Source of the DNA: Phoronis australis
Taxonomy: Eukaryota > Animalia > Phoronida
DNA: 45,408 bases
Assembly: GCA_002633005.1 (NCBI GenBank)
Contig: NMRA01001162.1
Location: forward strand, 1 to 45,408
Direction: 5' to 3'
The translations under genes were made by a program, and so were the position numbers. This document shows, piece after piece, positions 1 through 11,600 of the stretch (position 1 is the first letter of the stretch; each line of letters starts with the position of its first letter). The notes beneath the pieces were generated by a model. That model was not told the DNA's origin, made no database searches, and saw only the letters and a list, made by a program, of their open reading frames with translations.

Positions 1-312
1 AGTGGAGATGAACGAATAGTTTCCTTCTCTGTCTGAGGGGTGTCTACCGTTAACTATGTGCGTACCATATACTGCACAAAACTTGGCAAGTTCTTTGCCA
101 AAGTAATTAGATTTCGCATCTTGGTTGTTTCTTGGTTTGTCAAAATTATTTTAAACATAACAACAGTCGCTATTGGTAAGGACACTGATATGCGTGATAT
201 CGTCATCTGGGATGTAGTTGAACTAGAACTGAACCTCCAAAGTGATGCTTGTTCAGTTCACAAAATTCTAACTTGCAATGAACTCAACACGAGACTTATA
301 CAAGTACAGTAG
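1..312 (-). mobile_element. Non-LTR retrotransposon fragment (AP-endonuclease region), same family as the element at 41797-45408
   Basis: The minus strand reads ...NNFDKPRNNQDAKSNYFGKELAKFCAVYGTHIVNGRHPSDREGNYSFIST, an APE endonuclease C-terminal pattern (N.FG..L..FC....I.NGR...D..G.Y). Bases 1-149 match 45260-45408 with 7 mismatches. The right boundary is approximate. Confidence 0.8.
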
Positions 313-405
313 CATTGAAAATCATGCACCTTGTTCCGCGTTACGGAAGATTAAAAGAAACGCAATCATATAAACACCACGTACAGCACACATCACAATT
401 TTTTG

Positions 406-573
406 TCCGACCGGTCGTCTACGAGTCGACGATTGGCCGTCCGACCGGTCGGCTAATTTTTAGCCGACCCGGCAGCCGGCTGCAGTGCCGACTCATAAGG
501 TGACCCACCAGCCGACTCCACAGCAGACCCTTATTTGCCGACTGGCCACCAGCCGACCCGCCAGTCGGCTGCT
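406..573. repeat. Cluster of short (G)CCGAC / GTCGG motifs
   Basis: About ten CCGAC/GTCGG units in ~170 bp of GC-rich sequence (e.g. ccgaccggtcggct, agccgaccc, gccgactc, agccgactcc, gccgactgg, agtcggctg). Probably an internal or subterminal part of a non-autonomous element. Confidence 0.5.
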
Positions 574-1282
574 ATTTTCAAGCTAGACAAGCAGTTGCGT
601 AATAGGCTGTCAGGCTGATACCGCTTTGCGTGCAGATACATATTCGTCGCGGTACAGGGTCAAATAAATTAACCTAGTTTTACTGTGTTTCCATTACATG
701 AGTTCACATCGGTTGTGTTCATTGACNCGTCCCGTGGGCGACCCTGTTAGAATTTCTTAATAAAAAAACAAAAAGATGGCCACTTGCATGTTGTCAATGG
801 CCTTCTTCAAAGGCGAGGCCCCTAAATATGAAAATATCTATATTTTTCAAATATCAGGAAATGCGCCGCAATTGATGTTATCTGTCAGGTCATCAATTGT
901 GGTATACAGTTTCGAAAAAAAAAATAAAGCGAAAGATGTCTCCGCTATCTCTTACCATAGAGGGGCCTCTTGAAAAATATAGTTATGCATTCGCAAAATT
1001 GACAGATTGAATCTAAACATCCATTAAATTAGTACGCTCTGCAAAAGCTTCGCTTTACAAATTCTGTCTTGCGTTTAGACGATCTGTGCTGCAAAAGCTA
1101 AGACATTAACGACAGTGTCCTGGCCAGGGTTCTCAAAAGGTAAACCTTGCACTGATGCAGATTTGTTAAATATTCTCTTGAGTTTTCTCTTTTATCCGTT
1201 TTTCGCAGTCTTTATTTTCTCGACTGTCCCTGGCACCTCGCCTACATGTATGTGGGTTGCCGCGGTTTAACCCAGACGCCTG

Positions 1283-1348
1283 AAAATTTTTGCGGGGGCC
1301 CGTGCCCCCTCGCTTCCCCCCCCCTCCCCCCGCTTCCTACAGCCCTGG
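1283..1348 (-). mobile_element. Probable hAT-type MITE terminus
   Basis: Reverse complement reads CAGGGCTGTAGGAAGCGGGGG...GGGGCACGGGCCCCC, a CAG-start G-rich terminus typical of hAT-derived MITEs. I did not find the partner end. Confidence 0.35.
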
Positions 1349-3179
1349 AACTGTATGCAAATTTACTGTCACATTTCAAATTCCCTGGTTGTTGATACGT
1401 TTTATGCATATTGTATGAAAAGTTTCACATCTAGAGTGCGAAATTATGCTTCCACCTGACGATATCATTTAGCTTTTTTAATTTTACCACACCGTCAGCA
1501 ATTCAACATAAAGTTTACGTTGGTGCAATTTCACGCATTTCGTATTTGTAGGTTGATTCGATTTTACCACCTTTCAATAGGTGAACAAAAGTTGATAAAC
1601 CGATTAGAAAACTGCCACGTTTTCCCCGTGTGTGGGTGGGCGTAGGTTGTTACAGGCGGTGCTAATACCTTTCGATGCGACGATAGACTGAAGACTGGTT
1701 CGAATTAATCATTTTATTAATCTCGACCGTACGTTCACAAGCCTACTCAAACAAAACGTCCGAGGTAACGTCTGTTTTATGCTCCAGCCAATGCTGCGAA
1801 GCCTTGACTTGGGATGAACTTCTGAGACACGTTCAGCGACTGTTACGCTCACTGATACAAATAATTTGCTGTCTTTATAGTTCACTCTATTGACGCTCGC
1901 TCCAACTGCTGATTCTCTTCACAGCAAATCTTTAACTGCTTAACTGCTTTTCGTCTGCGTTTCCAAGCCCCAATTTTACCCGACAAACAATACGTTGTCG
2001 TGTAAAACTTATTTTAGTCTATAGCTCAAGAAACTGCGTGATAAGAATGGTGATACGATGTTGATAAGGCGTGTGCAATTCTGCCAGCCGTTATGTAGCT
2101 CGAAAAGTATATACCGTCATTTTTTGGGCATCTCCTAAGCAGAAATGTGATTTCGAAAGGTTTAAACTATGTATCAAACTGTGCGAACGGCCACGTACAC
2201 GAGCACCTGAACTTGGCAATGTTGCTTGATCTCGAAGGTTAAACACATATATATTTGTTCCAAGATACACACTTTTCAGTTTGGTGGCTGTAATGTTAGC
2301 TTATCTGATTTTGACACCAGAGTTTCACTCGTCCGGCCGCCTTTGTCTCGGCACCTACTGGATCTCAGCACTGTAGTCTAGCGATAGTCTTGGGAAATTG
2401 TTTTTATATTTTTACTGTTTTTCAGTTATTTCTACCTATAGACATCGTTTTGTTACGCAGCAGAGGTACATTTTTGACATTAATTTATCCGTAAGCTGGC
2501 GTTCAACGAGACTTTTTTTTCCAAAATTGAGAGTTTCGATTGGCACAGGGAGGGGCACTGGAACCCAAAGCCTTGTTTGAGCTGTTGTCACGAAAAAATA
2601 AACAGTTGAATTACTTTCTGATGAGAACCTCTAGTATACACTTCGCCTGAAGAGTTGCAAAGAGCTCATTTTGAAGTTGTTTGATATTTAGATTTATGAA
2701 GCTTTATAAAGGAATTTGGGTTATTTTTGTAATTAGCCATTTTTGCCACTACACCAGACTTGTCATTTGTTGTAACCATACCGCAGTTTAATTATCATAC
2801 TACGTTTAAAAATAATTGCAAGTTACCTTTATGCAGTAAAACTACAAAAAATGCGAAGTTCGTCAGAAGGTATGTTGCAATTACATGTGCGTGCATTAAT
2901 TTGACTTGGACACAGCCCTAGACCTACCGGAGCTAACTGGTTACCTTGTGTAATTGAACTATAAACCTGAATTTTTTTATCGAAATATTTCGTTAGAAAA
3001 TTAGAAAAGCGTAAACAGTGTTATCGACTTGACCTATTTTACACGGGCAGTTGCGACCTACTTTTCATTTGGCGGATTTTAGCAGACGACAGAATAAAAA
3101 TATCGGTGAATCTTCACTGAATTTGATGTAAGGATCTTAAAATCTATGGCATCGTACAGCTAATTCGATTTTAAGGTAC

Positions 3180-3467
3180 ACATCCAACTGACTTTACATG
3201 ACCATATCTCATCAGTGGCCTTGTTATTTGTCAGGTGAACGTTAACCCCGTGTGGGGTTCTTTGGATATTTGCTGGCTCCGAAATACTTTTCCTCGAACA
3301 CTTATTTTTTCATCGTCACTTTTGAGAATTCCCACGTCATACATGTAGGATTCTTTGCTGAAAATCATCGCCTGTTGTCTTTGTCGAAGCGTTTTCGGAT
3401 AGTGCAAACAACCATCATCGATTCCACTAGGAACGTCGTTTAGCGACAATATATTTGCTTCTGACAT
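3180..3467 (-). pseudogene. Degraded transposon-derived ORF, SWIM-zinc-finger-adjacent region
   Basis: ORF 3231-3467 ends VRGKVFRSQQISKEPH. After a frameshift it reads ...DEIWSCKVS, resembling the V.RSQ....PH.....CSC.AG pattern of SWIM/YqaJ-type transposon accessory proteins. Confidence 0.35.
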
Positions 3468-5287
3468 CTTGTTTGCTTATCGGGTGTCACGTGATTTTTT
3501 CGCTACTGGGCGGAGCTTGCGATAGGTCAGTTATCAAAAGTACTTCTACCAGTCTGGTCTTGGTCTGACCCCAACAAATAGATTGACGAAATTGTTGAAT
3601 TATTTTGCGACTTACTGTAGCAAATTATAATCAAATATCTTTATCATCTTACAGCTGGGAGGATAGGATTGCTGGAAACAGACCCCTGTGATTAACTCTA
3701 ATACTGTTTATTGTTATTGTTCAATGATATCTCAGGACTTATACCCTCAAGGTATAATTATAAACTATTTGTATTTGTATTTGTATAGAACGGCCTGTGA
3801 AGGGAAGACTTTATTAAACAATCCTCTAGCTCCTAAGGTAACTCACCTGATCAGTCCATACGCTTAGCTGCAGCATTGTTTTCAGACCAGTTACGATTTT
3901 TTATAGGGACATTCATTACTAATTATATTGTTATTATCTACGTGAATATAAAGAATTATCTGCAGTAATCCCTGGAAGCAAGTTATAGTATGGTTCTCTG
4001 CGGTATTAAGCCGAGGCGACTCATTTTCGAGGCCGGTTTCGCACACTCCCAGAACTTCAATAACTCGCCACAGAAGTGATCGCAGTCTTTGTTATCTAAT
4101 GTCTCGTTTGGAACAATAGATGTAGGAACGCGTCAAAATCCCTTGAATGGTTACTATACATGTACAGGAAGTCAACTCCTGCGACTGAGCTAGCTAGACC
4201 AGATCGCCTATTAGCGCCCGTGAGCTCATTACATGAAAACATTTTTGACCCAGCTTTTATTTCAAACCGGCACTTATTTAAAACCAGGCGCATATTCAAG
4301 AAGCTGTGCCAGTTTTGCAGACCCAGTGCCCACTTATGACCAGTAAGTTCCTAGCTGTATTCAACAGCATGGTGTCAATGAGCATTGTTTTGAAAAGTGT
4401 TCGTTTCCCTTGTCGTTTTTAAAACAACTTTTACGTCACTTTGAATTTTCAACACTTTCAACGCACCTACGCATTGATTTCCATTCATGATGTTGTCTTA
4501 CATTTAGTTAACAATAGGCCTTAGACTATCCAGTAAAACAGTACGCTGTGGTCAGAGTTGTAGTTTCAGTTATTCTTGAATAGACGCCTGGGCTCTTATT
4601 TGAGACCCGGAGCTTAATTATTTTAAAATGGTGTTTTTAACTGGCCTTTTCCCTTGCTTTTTCGATACCGACGCTTCTAACGGACCGGCCACAATGTACA
4701 CCACATCACTGCATCATGCTTTAAAGCATTATTTTTGCAGAGGAATGTAAACCATGGATATCAGACATGTGATGCCGTGCAAGCAGACGATTGAAGCTAG
4801 CTACTACCAATGAGTTATGTATATCTTATTGGCTACAACCAACATTAGCTAAATCAGTTTTAGTCAATAATGAACAATAAGTAAAGCAAACGACCATCAT
4901 TACTGTTTTTAAAATTGAAAAGTAAATATTAGCAGTCTTTGAATTGTTTAAAATCAAAGCTTCATAGGAGAAATTAGCTGATAGTTTATTACAGCATCGC
5001 GCCCCGCCACGAGCATCAATTTGTGAATCCGTTAACACTGGTTAGTCGCAGTCTGGCTCAGACTCACGAACCGTAGGCGTTCGAGTAGCAAAACCTCAAC
5101 TGTTATTGTATACTAAGAGTTGTTTCATGAATCTCAGCTCCTTTTAGGTATAAACCTGTATCCATGTTCCGTGTAATAGTAAGTTTCTTGCAAATCTCTG
5201 TTGGTCTCGTGACGAAAAGCTAATCGCCGAAGTCCTTTGGACATTGCAGGCTCGTGAAAATACACGGTCGGGGCCAAAGGCTTGTAG

Positions 5288-5295
5288 TATATAAA
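5288..5295 (+). promoter_or_regulatory. TATA box of the CAP-EGF gene
   Basis: TATATAAA lies ~120 nt upstream of the signal-peptide ATG at 5412, implying a TSS near 5315-5325. Confidence 0.6.
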
Positions 5296-5411
5296 CACGT
5301 GCATCTTCCCGTACTAGTACGTGACAAAGTGTAACAACCGAGAGACAGAGCTGTTTATTACTCCATTGAGTGACTTCACAGTGTTTAGCGAGGCATTTCT
5401 ATCGGTCAAAA

Positions 5412-5627
5412 ATGAAAGTTGTTGCCGTGATGTTTATTTTTGCGTTGTGTTTTCCTGCCGTTCTGGCGAGCGCGGTATGGGCTTCGAGGGCCACAGACGA
5501 CACAATTGACAATTGCAAAAAGACCGAGCCGGTAACGTTGTCTGATCAAGAAGAACAACAAATCGTTGATGCTCACAACCAATTGCGGCAAACCCTAGAA
5601 ACAGATAAGGTGAAGTTCAAAAAAATT
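5412..5627 (+). CDS. CAP-EGF gene exon 1 (signal peptide + CAP N-terminus)
   Basis: MKVVAVMFIFALCFPAVLASAVWAS...LSDQEEQQIVDAHNQLRQTLETDKVKFKKI. Donor GTAAGT at 5628, phase 0. Confidence 0.9.
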
Positions 5628-8600
5628 GTAAGTATGTCTTAATTTTGATTTGGTACAGAAAAATTTAGCTGAAAAGCGCATGCATGACCTTAGAAAAGTA
5701 GCAAAACTTGAGATTTCGTTAGGTCGATCGAAACTTTTGAGTTTAAAAGTCTGAGTAATTCCCTTTTATCAGAAGTCCAAATACTTCTGAGCTTAACTGA
5801 AGTTAATGTTATTTTGTAGTTAAATGTTATTGTTAGTTGTGCACCACCTCCTAAAATGACCGCCGTAGTGAGTGTCTGCTTACTTTGCCATAGGTAATGA
5901 AGTTTTCCGGATATCACGCCCACTTGAAAAAGTTTAGTAGTAAAATTAGACAAATGCAAACACACAAAGATACCGAATATTTGTTTTTGTGATATATTTT
6001 GACTGAAAATTGAAATTAATGTACAGGAACAATGTCTTTTGAACAGTGGTGTGTTTTCTGTGAAAAACACATTATATACGGCTAGTAGAGTGGGTACCCG
6101 TAGTGCATGTTTCTGCCGCCATTCACTTAATCTACGGTTCACTCCCAAAAATTAAAAATAGACAACAATTATTTTGTACTCACTAAATTTTTGAAAATGT
6201 TTGGAGTGGTGTTAAATGAAACGGAAAGAGTTTCTTTAAGTGAGTGTTTGAACTGCTGGTTTAAGACATGCTGTAGAATAAAAAAAATCAGCAGATTCTT
6301 GTCCAAACGGCGAGACCTTGAAAAATGTTTGATTAAAGGCAAGTTTAAAGAGCTTTGCAAATTCTATGACCTGCACATACGATAACACGTATGTCACTTT
6401 AGAAATAAAAGTGTGGTTCAAATACAGTTAAGGAAGTTTAAATACCTACAAAGTCGAAGTTACGAATTTCTAAATGGTATATTGCCACTTATCTCTTTGC
6501 TGATGCATATAGACTTTTCGTTAAGTGCGTTGGCACAAATTTGCTGGCGAATGTTCCTTTAATTCCCAGACCCTGAGTCTATCAAAATTCTTTCCATCTC
6601 TCCGTTCTCATGTCTTTCTCCTGTTTTGTTTACAGTTGAACCCATGCTTGTATTTTAGCATTTGTAGGAGTTGCCTCACATTTCTTCTGGAAACACCCAT
6701 CTGACGGACGATTGCAGCAACGTTACTCCTATTTTGCTATTTTACGAGTTGAAAGATGCATTTTTCTTTCCAAAAACGACAGAGCCCTCAATTCCTCGAT
6801 TTTGGGGCCGAATATCGGCCCTATTCCCCTCTCAAAAATATTTGAAAAATAACGCGAAATTCGGAAATTCCCCCACGAGGCCTAAAACTTCCACTAGTTT
6901 CTCTCCGGAGTTCAAATCACCTGTAAGCACACAGGCGACAATTTGAAAGAACACAAAATGCTACGTGAGACAGAGCCTATGAGAGCTTGCAACAGGGCGG
7001 GGGTGCTATTGATGGTGATCGGGAGGTAGATTTTTCCCCTCGCTCTGCGAAAATATTTCTCTCTCAGAAGGCTCAGACACCTTTCCCCTCGGATGAGCGA
7101 GGTCCATGAAGAAACATGTTAACTATGCCTGCTTTGTCCAGTTAACTGAAACTGAGCTCTAAAACAAGGTTATGCTTAGGACGAACGAATTCGGTATTTT
7201 AATTTTAAAATTCAACAATGAAAAATCAACTGTTAGTCCCGGTAGTCTCTACCTCACCAGGACCTATGCTATATGCTTGATGTTAATATTCTTTATGAAC
7301 AAATTTCACCACATGTGACTAATTGCACATGGCATCAAAATGCGAGGAGTTACCACTGTCGAATATATCTTCAACTCGTCAACAATACGAGCAGATGACC
7401 TGGTTCGTGTAGAAAGCTTTTTTATTAACAATTTCCAAGAAGAAACGTAACCCTGCATTCAGCATGAAACCTAATCCGTAACACTGCGATCGCCGCAATT
7501 TGGTCACACTTACTTTTCATGTTTCGAACCTTGTTTTCCGAAAAAAACTGATACCCTTTCATCAGACAACTCTTTGGTGCATTGACTTGTTCTCTAATGT
7601 ATTTTTTACGACTCTGTGGTTAATTATCGACACATTTTAAAGATTTAATATCCAGCTTGGACTAGAAAGACCGACCATTTAACTCACGCAATGTCATCTT
7701 CCTCTTTGATTATCGCTGTGAGCCTCGCTTTGGATTTTAATGTCCGCCTCGTCGATTAGGTATTGCCACAGGTCGTGGGTCGAGGGGTACGTGGATCATT
7801 GGGGTTGTGGGTTGAGGGGATCGTGCGTAGGGTGATGTGGGAATCAAGGGGGTTTTAGAACAATCCGTTTCGGGAAGAAACCTCGTTCGCAGTTTCCTTT
7901 CCATCAGCAACTCAGGTGCGCTAAATAAATTGCGTAGTGTTGTCGAAGGCAAGAACATAGAATTAATGATCCATTTGTAAATTTGTTTTGACCGTTCCAC
8001 GTCCATATTTTCTTGCGGGTATGATATCCCGGAATTGCTCATGCTAATAGTAAACCCACACGACGAAGTACAGTGTAAGCGGTTTACGCTTGGATTTAGC
8101 ACATTGTGACTCACTGTCAGTGACTAACTCATAAGGTATAGACCCTATTCACGCCGACAGGAGGCGCGTTCCAAAACGAGGCTCGCTACGATAGCTCTGG
8201 TGGCTTATCCGCGTAGTTGTACTCCGCGTTGCACGAACAGCTAGAAAAATACGGACACTCAACTGTTCCGTTTTTTTTGTCCAACGACAGTCAGGATTTT
8301 CCCGTCAGACATTCGCACTCCTGAACTGCCAAATGGAATCTGGGAGAATTTTAGGGGAGGGCATGGCCCACTTGTCTCCCCTCTAAATCCGCCGCTGTGT
8401 TCTGTCCAGTCAAATGAAATTGAGCTCTGAAATGATGTTATGCTTTGGACGAAAGAATAAGGTGTTTTAAGTTTAAAATTCAGATTGATCGAGATTGATA
8501 TTTGAAAATTAAAACACATGAAATAGACGTAATTATTAAAACCAAGAAAGCAAAACTGATGGTCATATGAGTTTTATTTTCAATTGTGAGCCTGGTTTTT

Positions 8601-11600
8601 TAATCGTGATCAAAATTTATATTTAATAACATTAAGTATTATTTCAGATCAATGACAAATCAACTGTTAGTCCCGGTAGTGCGTACCTAACCAGAATCTA
8701 GGCTATGCTTGAAGCTAATAGGCCTACTCTTGATCAACAAATTAAACCAGATGTGACTAATTGCACATGACAGCAAAATGCTATGAGCCACCACTGTCAA
8801 ATATATCTTCAACTCGTCAACAATACGACCAAATGACCTGGTTCGTGTAGAAAGAATTTTTATCAGGAATTTATTTGAAGAAAAGTAACCCTGCATTCAG
8901 CATGATACCTAATCCTTAACACTACGATCGCCGCAATATGGTCATGTTTACTATTTCATGTTTCGAACCTAGTTTTCCGGAAAAAAACTTATATCCTTTC
9001 GTCAGACAACTCTTTGGTGAATTGACTTGGTCTTTAACTTATTTTTCTACTTCTCTGTGGTTAATTATTGACAATTTTTTAAGATTTAATATCCAGGTTG
9101 GACTCCAAAGAGCGGCCATTTAACTCACGCAATGTAAATTTCCACTTTGTTTATCGCAGCGAGCCTCGCTTTGGATTTTAATGTCCGCCGCTTGAATTGG
9201 GCCTATACCATAGGAAGCAACAATAGAATCCAAGTAATAAAAACGTTAACAGGCTCATCCCATGTGGAATTATTGCCAAATGGGACTGCAACTCAAGTTG
9301 CAGGTACATGTAATGCATACAAGCGCCATTTTCGAATTTCAAATTGAGGGTTGAGCAACTAAATTAACTCGGAAGCGTTTTCTTGAGCCGTTGATAGCTT
9401 CGTCATTCTAGTTGGTAACGGAAATTGAATCCTGTTGCGGTAAGGAATATTGTCAGACAAATTTTAAGAGTAAAAGACACAATTCAATACTGGTTTTAGC
9501 ACGAAATGCACATTGAAAAAACGTCTTATGCGTGTGGTACACGTAGGATTCAAAGAAGTGTTTTATTTCATAATGCTACTGAATTTTCCAAAATCAAATC
9601 ATTTTGTCACGAAATTGTCGGCGACGTAAGAGTCCTGCAACTTGTGCATGTCAACTCTATTCGTTTCTGTTCTTTGTAGGAATGGGACGACATGTTAGCA
9701 GGTCGCGCACAACTGACTGCAAACACGTGTGAACTAAGACACAGCTATCACCAATAGTAAGTAGTCCTATGCTGTTTTTGATTCCATAACGATTTACCAT
9801 TAATTTCATTTCCCCAAGACTGATCCCAAATGTCAGACTAGAAACGTTCTGAGGACCGTTTCATGGTAGTTTCACCGTTTTATCCCAGACTGTGATCTGA
9901 CACACAGTTTAAATTTGTCCACGGATATTGACGCCAATTTATTACTTAATCGCTGAAACAAATAATGATATGCCGACTTTGTCAATCTGCAAATCTTTGC
10001 TTTAACTTGGAAAGAACTTACAAAATTTATTGAATCGGCAACATAGGCGTAGTTAACAGACAGAAATGTGACCAAAGTTGGCTTAATTTTATTTCAAGTT
10101 ACTTGCACAACCGAAAACCTAATGTCGACATTGTCTTCATGGAATTATTTTTTCTAAAATTTCACCATTTGTCTTGAAAGCACAAATTAAGGTCTTAACT
10201 CAGACAAAACTTTAGTCTTGAACTATTAAACCTCCAACCACTTTCCACGAAACGATTCAACCGGGACACATCTTGAACTTTCTGTTGCTCACTTTACAAA
10301 AACATTGCACTGTTATAATAGTTAAAATGAACTTATGCCATGTTTTGAGCTTATTTTAGGTTTTCATTATCATTATCCCTAAGATTCTCCTTCAGTTATC
10401 TTTAACTTAAATGTTGACTTATACACGATCTTACGCATTGCCAGTCGCAGAAATGTCACATGTGTACACCGAAGACCCGTCCAGCCTGTATGCCAATATA
10501 TCTGCCAAGGCCCATGTCACAAATTGAATTAGGTTTCTATTTACAATGTGCCCGAACGTCTGTTACATAAAAGGAATCATTCTTTATTCAGATTAGTTCA
10601 CACCAAAATCACTGTACAGGTAATTACAACCTTGTAGCTCGTAAGATTGTATAGCTGCTCTTTCCGATTCATTTTAAAAAATTCCCCATAAAATTAAGTT
10701 CAGCTTAAATTGGTTTAATCACAGCATGTTCTCAAATGATGCTCTTTCACCACAGCTTCATTTTTTCAACGTAACCAGAATTTTGAAGTTCTGTGTCCTG
10801 AGTCTAATCTTTGAAAGCTAACTTGAAATTATAACTGTTTAATAGGATCTCAAGATAAATATCAGCAGTTTAGTTCCTAGTTGTCGAATTCTTAATCGAA
10901 AGAAGTGAAAAAAATCGGTGGACTATGCATCACCCTTTCCTAATAAGCGAAATTTGTTTGTTCAGTTACTGCCCAGGAGTGTCGTACTTGTCATCGAAAC
11001 CGAGTGGACAGAACTACTTGCGATATGGTTCCACTGCCGTCAATCGCACGATTAACTTTGCAGCAGAAGTTCGCGGTTGGTGGGAAGAGAAGTCTCAGTA
11101 CAACTATATTACAGACACGTGTGATCCTGGTAGAATATGCGGGCACTACTTGCAGGTGCGTATGATTACTTGGCACACGTCCGCAAATGCTGGTTATTTT
11201 GTTACGTAACATTCAATTACAAAAATTGCCATATACAAACGAAAGAGTATCCAAAGGGATCTTTCACAGAGTCCAAGAGTGGGGCATACAGCTACTAGTA
11301 AAGAGTGTAATAAAAACTTTTAAATTAAAAAAAAACTTCGGAATCCTCAAACGTGATTTCGTTATTGTACATGTATCGGACCATTACGAAAATTCGTTTG
11401 ACGTTTTAGCAACCCAAGAAAGCACTCTTTCAACAAACCAATGTTCAGCTCAAACACAATTAAATGGCCGTCATTGACAACTTCTAACCAATTTTGTGAA
11501 GTGGACATCAATCTGGGAATTGTTATTCATGAGCGACCTTACTCGGTTATAATACACACAATCACCCACGCTCATACATGCTACAGAAACAAGTTTTATT

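Noticed and set aside
1-149. Circular contig or LTR pair explaining the terminal repeat
   Set aside because: There are seven mismatches, and the repeat lies inside LINE endonuclease coding sequence with no TG..CA ends, PBS or gag/pol/int.
5628-5642. Single-exon 90-aa ORF 5370-5642 as a complete gene
   Set aside because: The frame after 5627 is intron (GTAAGT donor), and the CAP domain continues in exon 2. The real start is the ATG at 5412, not the GTG at 5370.
7737-8114. 125-aa minus-strand ORF in intron 1 as a nested gene
   Set aside because: No recognisable domain or clear splice context, and a Pro-rich low-complexity end.
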